Counted from the first letter of the stretch, positions 18,453 to 26,886 are shown. The stretch is DNA of 62,097 nucleotides from Candidatus Parcubacteria bacterium (GCA_026395685.1 JAPLYG010000019.1:1-62097), one strand, 5' to 3'. A program made the numbers and translations. The notes: generated from the letters alone by a model not told the origin.

Positions 18453-18659
18453 TTAAATTCGCGATAAATAATTTTCTAAAATCGCCGGATCACTCTGCAG
18501 CATGTCGCAAATCATGATTTTTACGACCTCTTTTTTGGTACTCTCCTGCAATGGCAATCGGTTTACTGTTTGAAAAAGCACCTCGATTAAACGAGGCAAT
18601 GTTTCAATCTTTTCGCTTTCAATAAGCAACGGTATGTGCAAAGTATCATCATCTGCCAT
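18453..18659 (-). CDS. Small hypothetical protein (68 aa), start overlaps the M20 gene stop
   Basis: The ATG at 18659 overlaps the end of the M20 ORF by 11 nt, which suggests translational coupling. No recognisable motif. Confidence 0.45.
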   Translation of the reverse strand: MADDDTLHIPLLIESEKIETLPRLIEVLFQTVNRLPLQESTKKEVVKIMICDMLQSDPAILENYLSRI

Positions 18660-19803
18660 TACTATCCTCCGTTTCTGCTGTCAGAACCTTGAGATAAAAA
18701 TCAGTCAACAATTCCAGATCTTTGATTTCCAGATATTCATCCAGGCAATGCGGATTTCGTCCCGGTGAACCAATGACAACGGCGTTAATGCCTCTTTCCA
18801 CTAAAATATTGGCGTCAGAACCGCCAAAAGTATGAACAAATTGAGAGGTTACGCCCTGTTCTCCGAATTTTTGCTGGAGAAATCTTATAAAAGGATCATC
18901 TTGATCATAGAAATAACCAGTTGCCTTTCTCTCTGACGAAAAGCTAATTTCAGCACCCGTTTCAAGAGCCAGTTCACTGAATATTGCCTTGATGCTCTCC
19001 AATAAACTGAGATCCACTTCTATTTTAGGACCCCTGACTTCGCCATGAATAATGGCAAAATCAGGTACTGTATTACGCAAGGTCAAATTTTCAGCAATCT
19101 CGACCAGCTCTTTATCAGCCAGGCCTTTCAAGCCCACCACTGCAAAAGAAAGGTTCAGCCTGGTAAACTCATCAACCTTGCCCAAAGTCAGGCTATTAGC
19201 TGCCTTCAATAACAGATTGAAAGCGTTAAGGCCCTCCTCGCACTTTGACACATGAGCGCGCCGCCCTTTTATTGTGATATCAAAATTATAGTTAAAGGGC
19301 GCACTTTGGATAATTGAACCGTGGGCAAAAGGCGCATCAGCGATAATGCATTTTTTACTGTGAATCAATGAAAGATCCAGATTCTTGGCGCCCAAAGAGA
19401 TTGCTTCTTCTTCGCGGGTAAAGACAATTTCTACTGTCCGCATTTTCAAACAATTCTCTTTAATTAAAGTCAGAGCTTCTAAAATTGCGGCAATGGAATC
19501 CTTGTTGTCAGCTCCCAAAATAGTAGTGCCATCAGATCGAATCCGTCCGCCTGATATTACAGGCGTAATTTTTTCGCCTGGTCCTTTTGGGACAGTATCC
19601 ATATGAGCGCATAACATAATCGGCTCACCATAACCTGAGCGTCTGGCAATCAAATTGCCATAGGCATCATTGGTCACCTGAAAATTCAGATACTGCAGAT
19701 AGTGTATCAGGGCTTCGCTGATAAGCTTTTCAGAGCCGGCAGGGCTTTCAATTTGCGCTAATTCGCAAAAAGTCCTTACCAGCCGATCCTTGTCAATATT
19801 CAT
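18649..19803 (-). CDS. M20 family metallopeptidase/amidohydrolase (PepT/ArgE-like)
   Basis: 384 aa. CAHMDTV, GADNKDSIAAILEA, and the REEE acidic pair are typical of M20. Confidence 0.75.
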   Translation of the reverse strand: MNIDKDRLVRTFCELAQIESPAGSEKLISEALIHYLQYLNFQVTNDAYGNLIARRSGYGEPIMLCAHMDTVPKGPGEKITPVISGGRIRSDGTTILGADNKDSIAAILEALTLIKENCLKMRTVEIVFTREEEAISLGAKNLDLSLIHSKKCIIADAPFAHGSIIQSAPFNYNFDITIKGRRAHVSKCEEGLNAFNLLLKAANSLTLGKVDEFTRLNLSFAVVGLKGLADKELVEIAENLTLRNTVPDFAIIHGEVRGPKIEVDLSLLESIKAIFSELALETGAEISFSSERKATGYFYDQDDPFIRFLQQKFGEQGVTSQFVHTFGGSDANILVERGINAVVIGSPGRNPHCLDEYLEIKDLELLTDFYLKVLTAETEDSNGR

Positions 19804-19868
19804 AGTTTTTACCCCCTTTTGAACTGCTATTTAAACAATTACAAGTTTTTCTTGTTTCTGTCAACCAG

Positions 19869-20717
19869 CTACTGCCATTTCACGCTTTTCACTTTATCCA
19901 TGAATTTTTTAACCCTGGCTGTTTGCAGAGGATATTCCCAGGGGAAAATATTATGATAATCTTTTTTCTTTGGATTTGGCTGGCCCTTGAAATAACTGCC
20001 GACAATAAAAGCATTTACCTGATACTTTTCCATATTTTCAGGGGTAATACCGCTGCCAAGAAGAACAGGGATTTTGCCGGCTGATTTTCTTGCATCCTGA
20101 ACATCTTTTTCAGTCGGAGCATCACCTGTCCATTTGCCGGTAATAATAATTGCATCGGCTTTTTCTTTAATTGCCGCCTGCACTGCTTTTGTTAAGGGTC
20201 GCTTAATCAGATGCTTTGCATGTTTAACCTGGACATCGGCAAAAATCATAATATCTTCTGCTTTTATTTTTTTTCTAAAAGCGATTGCCTCTTTTGCTTT
20301 GGCTGAAAAAATACCATAATCGGTCTGCACTTTGTCAACAAAAACAGGGGTGCGGATAAACTGAAAGTTCGCCAGTTTTGCGATGGATAAAGCCGCTTCA
20401 TAATCATTCCATAAAACACAAAGTCCTAATGGCTTTTTCGTTAATCCCCTGGCCTCCAGACAAAGCTTTGTTAACTGCGGGAGGGTAGATGTTTTTGCCT
20501 TTTCATAATGAGGAATGTCATAATTATTTTCAATCATAATGGCATCAACTCCCCCAGAAACTAAAGCCCTGAAATCTGCCAAAAACTTTTTTTCCACCTT
20601 TTCAAGCCCGGGAAAACCTTCGTAGCCCAAAAGAGGCGCGCAATGAACCATGCCGATTACCAGCGGATATTTTTTCTTGAATAATTTAAACTTTAAGTTT
20701 GTCATAATTTTTATCAA
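19869..20717 (-). CDS. BtpA/SgcQ family TIM-barrel protein
   Basis: 282 aa. The VIGMVHCAPLLGYEGFPG ... IMIENNYDIPH pattern is characteristic of the BtpA family. Confidence 0.65.
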   Translation of the reverse strand: MIKIMTNLKFKLFKKKYPLVIGMVHCAPLLGYEGFPGLEKVEKKFLADFRALVSGGVDAIMIENNYDIPHYEKAKTSTLPQLTKLCLEARGLTKKPLGLCVLWNDYEAALSIAKLANFQFIRTPVFVDKVQTDYGIFSAKAKEAIAFRKKIKAEDIMIFADVQVKHAKHLIKRPLTKAVQAAIKEKADAIIITGKWTGDAPTEKDVQDARKSAGKIPVLLGSGITPENMEKYQVNAFIVGSYFKGQPNPKKKDYHNIFPWEYPLQTARVKKFMDKVKSVKWQ

Positions 20718-21513
20718 TATATTTTAAAATTTCCATAACTCCCCGCGAATATTTTTCCTTAGCCACGTAATCAGCGATTTTCTTTACTTCTGGCTGGGCA
20801 TTGCCAACCGCATAAAAATAATCAATTTCCTTTAATGTTTTCAAATCAGCCAAATCATCGCCAATCATAATATAGTTATAATTTTTATAATATTTTTTTA
20901 TTCGCTGAAGAGCAATTCCCTTATTAATATTTCTGGGCCAAAAAACAAAATTGGAAAATGACTTGGGAATTTCAACATCAAGATTTAATTTATGCTGTAT
21001 AAAATAATCAGCCAGGAATTTCCCCAACTTTCGTATTAATTCCAAATCCCGCACGCCGTATCTGAAAACATGAATACTGCCGGTATATTTGCGAAACCTA
21101 TTAGCCATAATTATCAGCGGTATTTTTTTCAAATTACTGTCTTTTATCAGCTTAACAGTATCCCCAAAAACAAAGCGCCCGCTGATCTTTTTTTTCGCCA
21201 TAAAAAGCTTAACCAGCCGGGCAGTCAGCTTATTGACTGCCAGAGGATTTTTTTCCAAAAAAACTTTTTTAGCCTTAATATTTTTCTGGAAGAAAACTCC
21301 GTTTTCCAAAATAACCGGGCCATTTAATTTGAAATATTTATAAATAGCCTCGACGTCATGCGCGGAACGATTTGAATTTAAGCCAAATAAAAAACCTTTG
21401 TGCGACATATCTTTTATCACCGAAGGCAACAAAGCAGAATTCGGCTTCTGATTCGGCATGATCAGCGTACCGTCAATATCTAAAAAAATTATTGTTTTTT
21501 GCAGTTTTTTCAT
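20686..21513 (-). CDS. HAD-IIB (Cof-like) phosphatase
   Basis: Start refined to MKKLQKTIIFLDIDGTL (ATG at 21513). DxDGT motif and C-terminal GDDLAD. The longer track ORF runs through a terminator hairpin. Confidence 0.7.
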   Translation of the reverse strand: MKKLQKTIIFLDIDGTLIMPNQKPNSALLPSVIKDMSHKGFLFGLNSNRSAHDVEAIYKYFKLNGPVILENGVFFQKNIKAKKVFLEKNPLAVNKLTARLVKLFMAKKKISGRFVFGDTVKLIKDSNLKKIPLIIMANRFRKYTGSIHVFRYGVRDLELIRKLGKFLADYFIQHKLNLDVEIPKSFSNFVFWPRNINKGIALQRIKKYYKNYNYIMIGDDLADLKTLKEIDYFYAVGNAQPEVKKIADYVAKEKYSRGVMEILKYIDKNYDKLKV

Positions 21514-21550
21514 AAAAAAATAGGGAGATATAGACAATCCTATATCTCCC
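21514..21550 (-). terminator. Intrinsic terminator/attenuator
   Basis: GGGAGAUAUAG-GAUUGU-CUAUAUCUCCC followed by UAUUUUUUU on the minus strand, immediately before the HAD ATG. Confidence 0.6.
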
Positions 21551-21556
21551 ATACTA

Positions 21557-22462
21557 TCAAAATTTGAGAATATTTTCAAGATATTTTTGCGCTTCTTCAA
21601 ACGCCTGCTTAGCCTTCTTCGGATCAGATTGGATTCTGAAACGAGCTGATAAAAAGCACTGCAGTAACCTGCCCAGGGAAAAAATATTTTCCGCAACCTC
21701 TTGAGGCAAGGAAAGTAGCCCGGCCACATCAGTCACGGCATAGTTCCTGATTATTTCATAACCTTCCTGCCAACAAGGCAAGTCATATACCTTTGCCACT
21801 CCGGCAAAACATGCCAAGCCCATAATTGGAATACCCAAGACCTCGTCGTGGGGATCGGAATATTTAATTCCCTGCTCAGTAAGGTAGACATCGTCGGGAG
21901 TAAAATCCCAGTTTGAGAAACAGCAGGACGCAACTTTCGGCAAACCCATGGCTTTTTCCAGCTGGGTTATTTGTATCTGCCCCTGGGGATCAAACGCCGA
22001 ACCAATGTATTTATAATACTGCTCCTCAACTTTTTTAATCACTGACAGCACTGACTCTCTGCCCTCAGGACCCTGCTTTAAACTTTGCCCGTATACCCTG
22101 CTTAGATCCTGAATCAATTTCCGATACATCGAGATCGGATCTGACGACTTTTTTATCTTAGTGATAAAGTCTTGCCCGCAATACTCCATCAAAATCCAGG
22201 AAACTTTCGGATCCAAACGATAAGCAATCAATCCGGGAATAAACCAATTCAGCCCCAAGGCGATCAATTTATTATACCCCCGGATATTCATGGCAATTTC
22301 CTTGATTGATTTTTCCGTAGTGCCGAGCTTTAGCACCTGCAAAACACCCTGCGGATTTCTGGCCAGATAGACCGCATCGCAGACATTGCCGAATACAAAC
22401 TTGTTTACGACTTCAAGGTCATTTTCTTTACATACGCGTTGCAGCAAGGCTTTGGAATCCAT
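21557..22462 (-). CDS. Putative kinase-fold (APH/choline-kinase-like) phosphotransferase
   Basis: Start refined to MDSKALL (AAGGAG lies 10 nt upstream). VLKLG lysine region and a degenerate catalytic-loop-like NWDFTPDDV...YSDP. Weak assignment. Confidence 0.4.
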   Translation of the reverse strand: MDSKALLQRVCKENDLEVVNKFVFGNVCDAVYLARNPQGVLQVLKLGTTEKSIKEIAMNIRGYNKLIALGLNWFIPGLIAYRLDPKVSWILMEYCGQDFITKIKKSSDPISMYRKLIQDLSRVYGQSLKQGPEGRESVLSVIKKVEEQYYKYIGSAFDPQGQIQITQLEKAMGLPKVASCCFSNWDFTPDDVYLTEQGIKYSDPHDEVLGIPIMGLACFAGVAKVYDLPCWQEGYEIIRNYAVTDVAGLLSLPQEVAENIFSLGRLLQCFLSARFRIQSDPKKAKQAFEEAQKYLENILKF

Positions 22463-22466
22463 GGGA

Positions 22467-23063
22467 TTATTTCTCCTTCTCAACCAGCAGAGTCAGACAG
22501 CCCAACTTTTTGGCAGTCTCAAGGTTGGGAGCTTCATCATCAATAAATACAACTCTTTGTCCCAGATTTAACGCAGGCTGCAACACGTCAAAAGCTCTTT
22601 TATCAGGCTTTTGATGGTAACAGATTTCCCTCATCCCATAAATAGCTGAGAATAAATCCCTGATGCCCAGTGATCTTAAAATCAGATCAGCGTATTCAGA
22701 CGGATTATTGGTTAAGACAATTTTTTTGCCCACCAACGAAGAAATAATCCTTCTTAAATAAGGAGACTCTGTAATCCCATAATCCTGGGGGCAAATTCTC
22801 AGATAAGTTTCCCGGATAAAAATCTCAGGATCAATACCTTCTGCCTTAAGCGCAATCAGCGTGTATTTTGTGTTATGCAGGCTAAGAAGTTGTTTTCTGA
22901 TTTTTACAGCTTCTTGCAGGCTGACGCCATAGCAATCAGCAATAAAGCTGATCATCAAAGAAACAATCGCTGTTTCAATGCCTCTCATGGAATACAAAGT
23001 CCCGTCGTTATCAAAAACCCATAAATCAGCCTGCAATTCTTTAATGTTTTCCGGAATCATCAT
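22467..23063 (-). CDS. HAD superfamily hydrolase (pyrimidine 5'-nucleotidase-like subfamily IA)
   Basis: 198 aa. VFDNDGTLY (DxDxT), LTNN, FIDDEAPN. RBS AAGGAGG. Confidence 0.7.
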   Translation of the reverse strand: MMIPENIKELQADLWVFDNDGTLYSMRGIETAIVSLMISFIADCYGVSLQEAVKIRKQLLSLHNTKYTLIALKAEGIDPEIFIRETYLRICPQDYGITESPYLRRIISSLVGKKIVLTNNPSEYADLILRSLGIRDLFSAIYGMREICYHQKPDKRAFDVLQPALNLGQRVVFIDDEAPNLETAKKLGCLTLLVEKEK

Positions 23064-23091
23064 TACCTCCTTTGCTGTGGATTATCGGCTG

Positions 23092-23129
23092 AAAAAAAGT
23101 AAGGGTGATGATTTACAGTCACCACCCTT
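23092..23129 (-). terminator. Hairpin plus U-run between the TrpD-like and HAD genes
   Basis: AAGGGUGGUGA-CUGUAAA-UCAUCACCCUU followed by ACUUUUUUU on the minus strand. Confidence 0.5.
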
Positions 23130-23134
23130 AACGT

Positions 23135-24301
23135 TTAAGATTTCTTCGGCAGCATTTTACTGACTGCCAGGACTTTCTGGTAGGGTGCGCCGCTGAGGTA
23201 AACCTCTTTAGCACGGTTATAGCAACTTCTCATATCTCGCGAAAAGTCAGCCAGATAGAAAAGCAGAGCCGCATTGGCAAGGACCATCTCAACTGCCGGT
23301 CCTGAAACTTCTTGCTTCAAAATTGCCAGGGAAAATTCCCCTTTGGAAATACCACTGGGCGGAGAAATCAAGGCTGCATCGACTGGCTTAATGCCAAAGT
23401 CTTCCGCAAAAATGGTGTAGTTTTTGATTTCACCGTCAATGATCTCTGCAACTTGAGTGCCACCCGGACAAATTGAAACTTCATCCATGCCACGGCAACT
23501 CTCACGATCAGCAAAGCCTCTGACAAAAAGACCATGTTCCAGCTGGGTAACGCCTCTACTGTTTAATATCAGGTAGGCTTGGGCAACCACATTTACTGGA
23601 ATCAAATGGTTTACTCCGACAATTCGGCGAGTAAGAAGGTGCGGCGCCAACGGATTGGTGATCGGGCCGATAATATCGTTCATGTGCGGCAGCCTGGCTA
23701 CCTCGTGAGTCTGCAGATGAATGCGTTTGTAACGCACATCCAAAGCTTCAGTATAGCCAAAGCCTTCAGTTTCAACACAGCGTTCAGTGTCATTCTTATG
23801 GGCAAAGAGATCAATGCCCAGCATAGAAATGAAATCTGAACTGCCGTGCTTGCCCGCATCAGCATTTGCCGGAGAGCCATGTTTGCAGATGGGAATCCCG
23901 GCGGCCGCTGCAATAAATGCGGAAATCGTGCTGACATTGGCAGTGACGATAAGATCACCGCCCATTCCGCAATTATCCATGGCATACGGTACCCGCGGAT
24001 TCAAAAATCCAAATTCCGAGAGAGCAATATCATGCTCAAAAATCGCCGCGCAAATTCCGGCAATCTGCTCAGCTGCTGTTTTTGGCAAACTATGGCTATG
24101 CCATGACGAAGCATGGTCAAACTCTTGCCATTCATAAGTTGCTTTGCCATGAAGCGCACAGAGAGCAGCAATGCTTTGAATCTGAGCAAGGCTATTGCCC
24201 TTACAACCTTCTAAGGCATAAACGCCTAACTCGAAGGCCTCATAATAGGTCAAAGGTATATTTTGATACGCATGATCCTTGAGTATGTGCCTGATATCCA
24301 T
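23135..24301 (-). CDS. Anthranilate phosphoribosyltransferase (TrpD) family paralog, atypical
   Basis: Start refined to MDIRHIL (GGAGGG RBS). GMGGD..TANVST, KHG with an insertion then GSSD, and IIGPITNP all match TrpD/GT-family-3 motifs, with deviations. Confidence 0.75.
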   Translation of the reverse strand: MDIRHILKDHAYQNIPLTYYEAFELGVYALEGCKGNSLAQIQSIAALCALHGKATYEWQEFDHASSWHSHSLPKTAAEQIAGICAAIFEHDIALSEFGFLNPRVPYAMDNCGMGGDLIVTANVSTISAFIAAAAGIPICKHGSPANADAGKHGSSDFISMLGIDLFAHKNDTERCVETEGFGYTEALDVRYKRIHLQTHEVARLPHMNDIIGPITNPLAPHLLTRRIVGVNHLIPVNVVAQAYLILNSRGVTQLEHGLFVRGFADRESCRGMDEVSICPGGTQVAEIIDGEIKNYTIFAEDFGIKPVDAALISPPSGISKGEFSLAILKQEVSGPAVEMVLANAALLFYLADFSRDMRSCYNRAKEVYLSGAPYQKVLAVSKMLPKKS

Positions 24302-24552
24302 CTTCTTTCCCTCCTTTGAGAAAGTGTTAAACAAAAATTTTGAGAACCTTTATCACTAAGGGATAGTCTTTCAAATCCCGAAAAAAGCCGTCGCTACTGC
24401 CCGAAAACAGGCCCGTAGCTTCAAGCGTTATTATTTTTTAAGGTACTTTTAAGGTCTTCTGACCTTAAGAATTTTGTCTTAAAACAATCATCTTAAAGTC
24501 ACAAGCGCTAATGACTCTTAAATTTATGCTATTTATCTGGCTTTGTCAACTA

Positions 24553-24835
24553 AATAAAAAACTCGTCCTTTTAGCACAATTAAAACATTGTGTTATAAGG
24601 ACGAGATTCTTAATCCCGCGATACCACCTTGATTGTCTGATAATTATCAGACCGCTTTTACTGACTCAGTTTCCCTTGCTCTAGCAAGGAACGACATCAG
24701 TTATCCTATGATTACGGAGGAAGCCGGGTTCGCACTTTTGCACAAACCACCTTTTACGGGTAAACGTAAGTACTTAGCCCCAACCCTCCGCTATGCGGAG
24801 GAACTAAGCGTAGGTTTTATAATTGTAAAGATATA
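24553..24835 (-). promoter_or_regulatory. T-box riboswitch leader (short Stem I, T-box sequence, antiterminator/terminator)
   Basis: The minus strand AAUCAAGGUGGUAUCGCG (24615-24636 region) matches 15 of 18 positions of the T-box consensus. Terminator CUCGUCCUU...AAGGACGAG plus U6 lies at 24553-24605, with alternative antiterminator pairings. A Stem I-like hairpin at 24773-24808 carries a UUGGG bulge. Confidence 0.8.
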
Positions 24836-24839
24836 TTTA

Positions 24840-24868
24840 TATAATATCATATTATTGAATACTGTCAA
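24840..24868 (-). promoter_or_regulatory. Sigma70-type promoter of the T-box leader
   Basis: The minus strand reads TTGACA (24868-24863)-N16-TATTAT. Confidence 0.5.
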
Positions 24869-24879
24869 ATTTTCCGGGT

Positions 24880-24909
24880 AAAAAAGGGACAAGCAAAGTT
24901 GCTTATCCC
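24880..24909 (-). terminator. Intrinsic terminator after the radical SAM gene
   Basis: GGGAUAAGCA-ACUU-UGCUUGUCCC followed by U6 on the minus strand. Confidence 0.65.
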
Positions 24910-24919
24910 AAAAGGTCAG

Positions 24920-26026
24920 TTAGACCTTGATAGAACATTTTCTGTACGGCTGTAATACGCACCCATGGCAGGATTTTGGAACCATTGCGCTCATTGGCGT
25001 GCCAGCCGGAATATTGAAACAATAAGGATCACTTGCCCGCGGACAGCCAGTGGCAAAGAAAGCCTCTCCCCGGCAACCCCCATGGCATTTTTCAAACTGG
25101 CGGCATTTACTGCAGGGGCCAACGATCCACTGTTTATAGCTCCGGATTGCGTGCAAAACAGGATGGGAAAGGATGTTAACAACATCATCGCAATAGATAT
25201 TGCCGACATCTATTCCGGCATGTCCCACGCAAGGCAGGACCTTGCCATCGACATTGATGTGCACTCCGGTTTCCACCAAAGTGCAGGTGTGATTGTAACT
25301 GGGCGGTGACATAGTCTGGGTCAGATATGACCTTTTTTTAGGAAAATTCTTTTGGTCATATGCCCGCAGCTGCTGATAAAGTTCCTTAACTTCATCTAGC
25401 GGCGTATCATTCTCACAGCCGCGTAAAAAGGTTTTACTTGATTTGGCCATCTCAATAACCGGAGTAAAACCATGCTCACGGGCAAACTTGAAAACTTCAA
25501 AGATGCAACCGGCTGAAACCAACGGCCTCAGGATATTGACCTGAACATTCTGCTCGGCGCTTTTGGGCCAATACTTCAGCACATTCTTCCAGGCTTTACG
25601 TTGCTTTTTGAAAACACCGTCAACCCCGGCCAAGCTGTCCACCAGTTTTTCATGGCGGCTGGAAGTAGCCCTTAACTGCATTGCCAAGCTCACTTTGTGA
25701 TGCGCTAACGCCCGGCAAAAATCAGCATCAGCCAACTTTACGCCATTGGTTACCAAAATCACCTGGTGAAATTTCTTGGCAGCATAGCGGGTAATCGCAA
25801 CAATATCATGATGGATGGTTGGTTCCCCGCCCAACAAATAAATCTCCCCGAAATAAGGGGCAGTCTTATCAATCATCATTTTCATCTGCTCCAGGCTGAT
25901 GAAACGCTGAGAGTTTGATCCCTTTTCATAAAAGCACTGAGTGCATTTGATATTGCAGTAATCAATGATGTCAAATCCAACGCCGTAAAATATACGGTCA
26001 TGATATTTTTTTTCGCGGAATGGCAT
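24920..26026 (-). CDS. Radical SAM enzyme with C-terminal SPASM/twitch Cys-rich domain (no RRE)
   Basis: Start refined to MPFREKK (GGAGGG lies 7 nt upstream). CNIKCTQC cluster motif, GGEPT, and C-terminal CSKCRQFEKCHGGCRGEAF. Confidence 0.8.
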   Translation of the reverse strand: MPFREKKYHDRIFYGVGFDIIDYCNIKCTQCFYEKGSNSQRFISLEQMKMMIDKTAPYFGEIYLLGGEPTIHHDIVAITRYAAKKFHQVILVTNGVKLADADFCRALAHHKVSLAMQLRATSSRHEKLVDSLAGVDGVFKKQRKAWKNVLKYWPKSAEQNVQVNILRPLVSAGCIFEVFKFAREHGFTPVIEMAKSSKTFLRGCENDTPLDEVKELYQQLRAYDQKNFPKKRSYLTQTMSPPSYNHTCTLVETGVHINVDGKVLPCVGHAGIDVGNIYCDDVVNILSHPVLHAIRSYKQWIVGPCSKCRQFEKCHGGCRGEAFFATGCPRASDPYCFNIPAGTPMSAMVPKSCHGCVLQPYRKCSIKV

Positions 26027-26606
26027 GTTTTTTCCCTCCGGAATTACTGGTGCAGATTTTGTGTGCCTTGCCCAAAGACTGCGCGACAATACGATAATCA
26101 TAATTGGTGGTTGCCAACTGATTATTTTTTTCCAAGCGATAGCCCATATCTCTGACAGCATTTACAACCTGGCCGATGTAAAAATAATGGCTCGATTTTT
26201 TAGCGGCAAATTTAATGATTTGCTGCAAGCGGCATTCAAAAACAATCGGAGATTTTGCCAAACCAGGAACAGAGATGATCCTGGAAGGAAAAACATCCAA
26301 TTGCAATCGAGCTGCCTTATCAATTTTTCTGCCAGAATAAGTCCCGCAATAATCAATTGCTGCCAATAATTCCGGCGTCGGCAAATTGACAGTGAATTCT
26401 GCAGTTTCCGCAATTAGCTTTGCGGAATAACGACTCGGCCGAATGGACAAGCCAATAAGGGGCGGATTTTCGTTTACAACTCCTAGATAGCTTACAACGC
26501 AGATGTTGATGCCGCTGCCCGCTTGCTTATCAGCCGTCACGACCAGATAGGGACAAAGCACTAAGCCTTGCATTGTGGCTAATTTCAGACTAATTTCCTG
26601 CTTCAT
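25998..26606 (-). CDS. Flavin reductase-like (FMN-binding split barrel) protein
   Basis: 202 aa. The pattern ...VVSYLGVVNENPPLIGLSIRPSRYS...EFTVNLP... is typical of flavin reductase-like domains. Overlaps the radical SAM start by 29 nt. Confidence 0.65.
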   Translation of the reverse strand: MKQEISLKLATMQGLVLCPYLVVTADKQAGSGINICVVSYLGVVNENPPLIGLSIRPSRYSAKLIAETAEFTVNLPTPELLAAIDYCGTYSGRKIDKAARLQLDVFPSRIISVPGLAKSPIVFECRLQQIIKFAAKKSSHYFYIGQVVNAVRDMGYRLEKNNQLATTNYDYRIVAQSLGKAHKICTSNSGGKKHAIPRKKIS

Positions 26607-26656
26607 GGACTCTCCTTTTTGAGGCTAGATTATTATTGTCAAATTACCAATATTTC

Positions 26657-26686
26657 AGTATAGCACCTTAAAAAAAAATTTGTCAA
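26657..26686 (-). promoter_or_regulatory. Sigma70-type promoter (TTGACA-N18-TATACT, TGC extended -10)
   Basis: The minus strand reads TTGACAAATTTTTTTTTAAGGTGCTATACT, upstream of the flavin reductase gene. Confidence 0.45.
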
Positions 26687-26755
26687 TATTGATTGTCAAG
26701 GATCGGCTCTTGACATCTTTATATAAATACTGTAAGGTCATTATATCTGAAGTGC

Positions 26756-26830
26756 GGGCGCGTCGGTTAGCGGCCAAACCAACGGTCTCCAAAACCGTCA
26801 CCGTGGGTTCGAGTCCCACCGCGCCCGCCA
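26756..26830 (+). tRNA. tRNA-Trp (anticodon CCA), GC-rich, CCA end encoded, G73
   Basis: GGGCGCG TC GGTT AGCGGCCA AACC A ACGGT CTCCAAA ACCGT CACC GTGGG TTCGAGT CCCAC CGCGCCC G CCA folds as a canonical cloverleaf. Confidence 0.85.
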
Positions 26831-26886
26831 TTTCAAACCTGGTACCTTAATTTAAAAAACACCCTGCTCAATGAGCACAATTTCAA

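Noticed and set aside
20686-21729. Long N-terminal extensions of track ORFs (20686..21729, 24920..26161, 26959..28194, 23135..24334, 21557..22483, 29302..30672, 59921..60499)
   Set aside because: The extensions overlap upstream genes or run through terminator hairpins and lack an RBS. Internal ATGs with good Shine-Dalgarno sequences coincide with the start of the conserved domains, so those starts were used.
23579-24282. Cluster of 60-116-aa ORFs on both strands inside the TrpD-like gene; similar clusters lie inside trpS2 (28106-28934) and the CM-MT gene (27469-28147)
   Set aside because: They are nested within genes with clear family motifs. The elevated G+C of the island lowers stop-codon frequency in the alternative frames.
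24633-24881. 82-aa plus-strand ORF
   Set aside because: It overlaps the T-box leader on the opposite strand. The region is better explained by the conserved T-box sequence and the terminator/antiterminator structures.
26754-26830. Unusual tRNA with a 9-bp acceptor stem (Sec-like or novel geometry)
   Set aside because: The two extra 5' nucleotides (GC) pair only with G73-C74 of the encoded GCCA tail. Starting at 26756 gives a fully canonical 7/4/5/5 cloverleaf with U8, G73 and CCA, so this is an ordinary tRNA-Trp.
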